Assembly (NCBI RefSeq): GCF_009914755.1
Contig: NC_060948.1
DNA length: 64,000 nt
Origin: the human T2T-CHM13v2.0 reference genome, Homo sapiens
Reading direction: 5' to 3' (one strand)
Positions 56,956 through 64,000 of the stretch are shown here, one piece after another. The notes under the pieces were generated by a model. It saw only the letters and a program-made list of their open reading frames with translations. It ran no database searches and was not told the DNA's origin. Each line of letters begins with the position of its first letter. Position 1 is the first letter of the stretch. Both the position numbers and the translations under genes were made by a program.

Positions 56956-59900
56956 ATCGAACCACAAGGAATGGACAGGAATAGAATGGTCTCGAATTGA
57001 ATGGAATCGTATGGAATGGCATCAAACGGAATGGAATGGACAGCCACGGAATGGAATGCACTCGAATGCAATGGAGTCGAAACTAATGGACTGGAATAGA
57101 ATGGACTCGACTGGTACGGACTCCAATGGAATGGAATCGAATGGAAGGGAATCGAACGGAATGGACTCGAAGGGAAAAGACTGCAATGGAAAGGTCTCGA
57201 ATGGAATGGAAATTAATGGAATGGAATGGAATCGAATGAAATGGAGTCAAAAGGAATGGAATCGAATGGCAAGAAATCGAATGTAATGGAATCGCAAGGA
57301 ATTGATGTGAACGGAACGGAATGGAATGGAATCCAAAGGAATGGAATAGAATGGAATGGAATCGAATGGAAAGGACTCGAATGGAAATCACTCGAATAGA
57401 ATGCAATTTAATAAAATAGGATCAAATGTAATGGAATGGAATGGAAAGGAATCGAAACGAAAGGAATGGAGACAGATGGAATGGAATGGAACAGAGAGCA
57501 ATGGTATAGAATGGAATGGAATCATCTGGAATGGAATTGAATGGAATGGAATAATATGAAATGGAATGGAATGGAATGGAATGGAATGGAATGGAATGCC
57601 CTTGAATTAAATGGACTGGAATGGAATGGACTCGAACAGAGTGGAATGGAAAGTGTTGAGATAGAATGCAATGGACTCCTTCGGAATGGTCTAGTATGCA
57701 ATGCAATCGACTGGCAGGGAATCAAAAGGAATGTAATCGAATGGATTGGACTGTAATGCAGTGGACTCGAATAGATTGGAAACGGAATGCAAAGGAATGG
57801 AATGGAATAGTATGGAATGGAATGGAAAGGAATGGAGTGGAATAGACTAGAGTGGAATGGAATGGACTGGAAAGCAATGGACTGGAATGGAACTTTCTTG
57901 AATGGACTGGAATCAAACGGAATGGAATGCAATGCAATCAAATGGCATGGAATAAAATAGAATGAAAGAGAATCAAATGGAATTGAATCGAATGGAATCG
58001 AATGGATTGGAAAGGAATAGAATGGAATGGAATGGAATTGACTCAAATGGAATGGACTAGAATGGAATGGATTCGAATGGAAGGCAAAGGAATGGAATCT
58101 ATTGGAATGGACTGTAATGGAATGGAATGGAAGGGATTGGAATGGACTCGAATGGAATGGACTGCAATAGAAAGGATTCGAATGGAATGAAAAAGAATTG
58201 AATGGAATAGAACAGAATGGAATCAAATCGAATGAAATGGAATGGAATAGAAAGGAATGGAATGAAATGGAATGGAAAGGATTCGAATGGAATGCAATCG
58301 AATGGAATGGAATCGAACGGAATGGAATAAAATGGAAGAAAACTGGCAAGAAATGGAATCGAAATGAATGGAGTGTTATGGAACGGACTCAAAAGGAATT
58401 GAATGTAATAGAATGGAGTGGAGTGGACTCGAATATAATGGACTGGAATGGAATGAAATCACATGGAATGGGAACGAATGGAATGGAATGGAAAGGAATG
58501 GAATCGAATGGAAAGGAATCGAATGGAAGGGAATGAAATTGAATCAACAGGAATGGAAGGGAATAGAATAGACGGTAATGGAATGGACTCGAATAGAATG
58601 GACACGAATGCTCAAATTGAATGGACTCCAATGGAATGGAAACGAAAGGAATGTCATCGAATAGAATTGAATCGACTGGAATGAAATCGCAAGAATGGAG
58701 TGGAATCAAATGGAATTGAATCGAAAGGAAAGGAAGCGAATGGACTGAAATGAAATGGAATGGAATTGAATGGAAAGTAATGCAATGGAATAGAATGGAA
58801 CGAAATTTCACGGAATGGAATCAAACTGAAAGGAATCAAATCAATGGAATCTAATCAAATGGAATGGAAAGGATTTGAATGGAGTAGATTGGATTGGATG
58901 GGATTGGAGTGAAATGTACTGGAAAGGACTCGAATTTCATGAAACGGAATGGAATGAATTGGAACGGAATGGACTCGAATGGAATGGAATGTCATGGAAT
59001 GGCATCAAATGGAATGGCATCAAATGGAATGGAATCGAATGCAATGGAATGCTATGGAATGGAATGGAATGCATTGGAATGGAATGTCCTCTAATGGAAT
59101 GGATTCGAGTGGAATGGAATCGAATATAATGGAGTCGAATGAAATGGAATTGAAAGGAATGGGATCGAATACAATGGAATATGCTGGAATGTAATGTAAT
59201 GAACTCGAATGTAATTGACTGGAATGGAATGTACATGAATGGAATGTAATCGAATGGAAAGTAATCCAATGGAATAGAATCTAATGCAATAAAATCGACT
59301 CAGATAGAGTAGAATGTAATGGAATGGAGTGCAGTACAATGGAATGGAATGGAATGCAATGGAATGGAATGGAATGGAATGGAATGGAATGGAATGGAAT
59401 GGGATGGAATGGGATGGAATGGTATGGAATGGATAGTAATGGACTGGAGTGAAATGGACTGGAAAGGAATGGACTCAAATTGAAAGGGCTCGAAAGGAAT
59501 GGAGTCAAATGGAATGGTCTGGAATGGAATGAACACGAATGTAATGCAATCCAATAGAATGGAATCGAATGGCATGGAATATAAAGAAATGGAATCGAAG
59601 AGAATGGAAACAAATGGAATGGAATTGAATGGAATGGAATTGAATGGAATGGGAACGAATGGAGTGAAATTGTATGCAGTAGAAGGGAATAGAATGGAAT
59701 GCAAGCGAAAGGAAAGGAATGGATTGGAATGGAATGGAATTCATTGGAATGGAAGGGAATGTAGTGTAATGGACAGGCCTGGAATAAAGTGGAATGCTAC
59801 GGTCTCGAATGGAATAAAAATGTATGGAATGGAATGCAATGAAACGGAATCGAATGTCATAGAATGTAATGGAATGCAAAAAAATGGAATCCAAAATCAT

Positions 59901-60533
59901 TGACTGGAAAGGCTGGGTGTCGAAAGGAATTGACTGCAATGGTATGGAATCGAATGGAATGGAAGTGAATAGAATCGAACTAAATCGAATGGAATGGAAT
60001 TGATAGGAACGGAATGGAAAGGAATGCAATGAATTGGCATGAAATGGAATCGAATGGCATCGAATGGAATGGAATGGAATGCAATGGAATGGAATGTATT
60101 AGAATGTAATGAACTTTAATGGAATGTACTCGAATGGATTCGACTGGAATGGAATGTTCTGGAAGTGAATGGACTCCAATGGAATGGATTCAAAAGGAAT
60201 GGAATCGTACGGAATGGAATCTAATGGAATGGAATTAAATGGAAATGAATCAAATTGAATAGCACGGAATTGAATTGAATGGAATGGAATGCAATGGAAT
60301 CTAATGAAACGGAAAGGAAAGGAATGGAATGGAATGGAATGGGCTGGAATGGAAAGGAATCGAAACGAATGGAATGGAATCGAACTGAAGAGACTGGAAT
60401 GGAATGCACTGGAATGGAAGGGAGTGTAATGGAAGGTTCTCGAAAAAAATGGAATCGAATGGAATGGAATTGAATGGAACGGAATAGAGTCGAATGGAAT
60501 TGAATGGAATGGAATGGACTAGAGTGAAATGGA
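56956..60533 (+). repeat. DYZ1 unit U17 (3578 bp), variant C
   Basis: Landmark at 56956; 1 bp deletion near 58690; CTCCTTCGG. Confidence 0.95.
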
Positions 60534-63500
60534 ATCGAACCACAAGGAATGGACAGGAATAGAATGGTCTCGAATTGAATGGAATCGTATGGAATGGCAT
60601 CAAACGGAATGGAATGGACAGCCACGGAATGGAATGCACTCGAATGCAATGGAGTCGAAACTAATGGACTGGAATAGAATGGACTCGACTGGTACGGACT
60701 CCAATGGAATGGAATCGAATGGAAGGGAATCGAACGGAATGGACTCGAAGGGAAAAGACTGCAATGGAAAGGTCTCGAATGGAATGGAAATTAATGGAAT
60801 GGAATGGAATCGAATGAAATGGAGTCAAAAGGAATGGAATCGAATGGCAAGAAATCGAATGTAATGGAATCGCAAGGAATTGATGTGAACGGAACGGAAT
60901 GGAATGGAATCCAAAGGAATGGAATAGAATGGAATGGAATCGAATGGAAAGGACTCGAATGGAAATCACTGGAATAGAATGCAATTTAATAAAATAGGAT
61001 CAAATGTAATGGAATGGAATGGAAAGGAATCGAAACGAAAGGAATGGAGACAGATGGAATGGAATGGAACAGAGTGCAATGGTATAGAATGGAATGGAAT
61101 CATCTGGAATGGAATTGAATGGAATGGAATAATATGAAATGGAATGGAATGGAATGGAATGGAATGCCCTTGAATTAAATGGACTGGAATGGAATGGACT
61201 CGAACAGAGTGGAATGGAAAGTGTTGAGATAGAATGGAATGGACTCCTTTGGAATGGTGTAGTATGCAATGCAATCGACTGGCAGGGAATCAAAAGGAAT
61301 GTAATGGAATGGATTGGACTGGAATGCAATGGACTCGAATAGATTGGAAACGGAATGCAAAGGAATGGAATGGAATAGTATGGAATGGAATGGAAAGGAA
61401 TGGAGTGGAATAGACTAGAGTGGAATGGAATGGACTGGAAAGCAATGGACTGGAATGGAACTTTCTTGAATGGACTGGAATCAAACGGAATGGAATGCAA
61501 TGCAATCAAATGGCATGGAATAAAATAGAATGAAAGAGAATCAAATGGAATTGAATCGAATGGAATCGAATGGATTGGAAAGGAATAGAATGGAATGGAA
61601 TGGAATTGACTCAAATGGAATGGACTAGAATGGAATGGATTCGAATGGAAGGCAAAGGAATGGAATCTATTGGAATGGACTGTAATGGAATGGAATGGAA
61701 GGGATTGGAATGGACTCGAATGGAATGGACTGCAATAGAAAGGATTCGAATGGAATGAAAAAGAATTGAATGGAATAGAACAGAATGGAATCAAATCGAA
61801 TGAAATGGAATGGAATAGAAAGGAATGGAATAAAATGGAATGGAAAGGATTCGAATGGAATGCAATCGAATGGAATGGAATCGAACGGAATGGAATAAAA
61901 TGGAAGAAAACTGGCAAGAAATGGAATCGAAATGAATGGAGTGTTATGGAACGGACTCAAAAGGAATTGAATGTAATAGAATGGAGTGGAGTGGACTCGA
62001 ATATAATGGACTGGAATGGAATGAAATCACAAGGAATGGGAACGAATGGAATGGAATGGAAAGGAATGGAATCGAATGGAAAGGAATCGAATGGAAGGGA
62101 ATGAAATTGAATCAACAGGAATGGAAGGGAATAGAATAGACGGTAATGGAATGGACTCGAATAGAATGGACACGAATGCTCAAATTGAATGGACTCGAAT
62201 GGAATGGAAACGAAAGGAATGTCATCGAATGGAATTGAATGGATTGGAATGAAATCGCATAGAATGGAGTGGAATCAAATGGAATTGAATCGAAAGGAAA
62301 GGAAGCGAATGGACTGAAATGAAATGGAATGGAATTGAATGGAAAGTAATGCAATGGAATAGAATGGAACGAAATTTCACGGAATGGAATCAAACTGAAT
62401 GGAATCAAATCAATGGAATCAAATCAAATGGAATGGAAAGGAATTGAATGGAGTAGATTGGATTGGATGGGATTGGAATGAAATGTACTGGAAAGGACTC
62501 GAATTTCATGAAACGGAATGGAATGAATTGGAACGGAATGGACTCGAATGGAATGGAATGTCATGGAATGGCATCAAATGGAATGGCATCAAATGGAATG
62601 GAATCGAATGCAATGGAATGCTATGGAATGAAATGGAATGCATTGGAATGGAATGTCCTCTAATGGAATGGATTCGAGTGGAATGGAATCGAATATAATG
62701 GAGTCGAATGAAATGGAATTGAAAGGAGTGGGATCGAATACAATGGAATATACTGGAATGTAATGTAATGAACTCGAATGTAATTGACTGGAATGGAATG
62801 TACATGAATGGAATGTAATCGAATGGAAAGTAATCCAATGGAATAGAATCTAATGCAATAAAACCGACTCAGATAGAGTAGAATGTAATGGAATGGAGTG
62901 CAGTGCAATGGAATGGAATGGAATGGAATGCAATGGAATGGAATGGAATGGAATGGAATGGAATGGGATGGAATGGAATGGAATGGGATGGAATGGGATG
63001 GAATGGATAGTAATGGACTGGAGTGAAATGGACTGGAAAGGAATGGACTCAAATTGAAAGGGCTCGAAAGGAATGGAGTCAAATGGAATGGTCTGGAATG
63101 GAATGAACACGAATGTAATGCAATCCAATAGAATGGAATCGAATGGCATGGAATATAAAGAAATGGAATCGAAGAGAATGGAAACAAATGGAATGGAATT
63201 GAATGGAATGGAATTGAATGGAATGGGAACGAATGGAGTGAAATTGTATGCAGTAGAAGGGAATAGAATGGAATGCAAGCGAAAGGAAAGGAATGGATTG
63301 GAATGGAATGGAATTCATTGGAATGGAAGGGAATGTAGTGTAATGGACAGGCCTGGAATAAAGTGGAATGCTATGGTCTCGAATGGAATAAAAATGTATG
63401 GAATGGAATGTAATGAAACGGAATCGAATGTCATAGAATGTAATGGAATGCAAAAAAATGGAATCCAAAATCATTGACTGGAAAGGCTGGGTGTCGAAAG

Positions 63501-64000
63501 GAATTGACTCCAATGGTATGGAATCGAATGGAATGGAAGTGAATAGAATCGAACTAAATCGAATGGAATGGAATTGATAGGAACGGAATGGAAAGGAATG
63601 CAATGAATTGGCATGGAATGGAATCGAATGGCATCGAATGGAATGGAATGGAATGCAATGGAATGGAATGTATTAGAATGTAATGAACTTTAATGGAATG
63701 TACTCGAATGGATTCGACTGGAATGGAATGTTCTGGAAGTGAATGGACTCCAATGGAATGGATTCAAAAGGAATGGAATCGTACGGAATGGAATCTAATG
63801 GAATGGAATTAAATGGAAATGAATCAAATTGAATAGCACGGAATTGAATTGAATGGAATGGAATGCAATGGAATCTAATGAAACGGAAAGGAAAGGAATG
63901 GAATGGAATGGAATGGGCTGGAATGGAAAGGAATCGAAACGAATGGAATGGAATCGAACTGAAGAGACTGGAATGGAATGCACTGGAATGGAAGGGAGTG
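60534..64000 (+). repeat. DYZ1 unit U18 (partial, cut by window end)
   Basis: Landmark at 60534; near-copy of U14 over most of its length. Confidence 0.95.

Larger units (their letters stand above)
1..64000 (+). repeat. DYZ1: Human satellite 3 array, DYZ1 (HSat3A6) ~3.56 kb tandem repeat, Yq12 heterochromatin
   Basis: Diverged GGAAT pentamers throughout, G/A-rich on + with no inversion. Unique landmarks (ATCGAACCACAAGG, GCCCTTGAATT, GGACAGGCCTGGAATAAAGTGG, GGCTGGGTGTCG) recur every 3534-3578 bp; the published DYZ1 unit is 3564 bp (recalled). One conserved HaeIII and one conserved EcoRI site per unit. Contains what I recall as the DYZ1 sexing primer sites (TTGAATGGAATGGGAACGAATGG at 6220 and GGACAGGCCTGGAATAAAGTGGA ending at 6373, 154 bp span). 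Confidence 0.96.

Noticed and set aside
1-64000. Hundreds of ORFs (MEWNG… on +, FHSIP… on -)
   Set aside because: Three pentamers encode five codons without a stop, so low-complexity ORFs are automatic. They have no recognisable domains and are broken inconsistently between units.
1-64000. CRISPR-like or prokaryotic repeat system
   Set aside because: There is no constant repeat with unique spacers and no cas or other genes; all divergent segments recur every ~3.56 kb.
1-64000. HSat2, DYZ2 (HSat1B), Alu/L1 insertion or inversion
   Set aside because: The sequence is dominated by GGAAT rather than the HSat2 pattern, has no AT-rich or Alu-like block, and shows no strand switch.
1-64000. ncRNA call based on reported testis or stress transcripts from Yq12
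   Set aside because: Recalled from the literature, but no transcript boundaries can be located from this sequence.

Overview
The whole 64 kb window is one uninterrupted, single-orientation tandem array of a (GGAAT)n-derived satellite: human satellite 3, and specifically the ~3.56 kb DYZ1 repeat (HSat3A6) of the Yq12 heterochromatin. Using the landmark ATCGAACCAC there are 17 complete units (3534-3578 bp) and one partial unit. Each has one conserved HaeIII/StuI site next to an EcoRI site, matching the classical ~3.4 kb male-specific fragment. I see no credible protein-coding gene, RNA gene, transposon, DYZ2 block or inversion; the ORF track is a by-product of the pentamer. Three things stand out. 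(1) Every unit carries three perfect heat-shock elements (nGAAnnTTCnnGAAn; 52 intact copies by manual count), and most unit-to-unit variants in them fall on degenerate positions. (2) Shared variants show a mosaic of duplications or conversions at 1-, 2-, 3-, 4- and possibly 7-unit spacing. (3) Indels almost always preserve the pentamer register, with 15 bp events the most common. All comparisons were made by eye, not by alignment.
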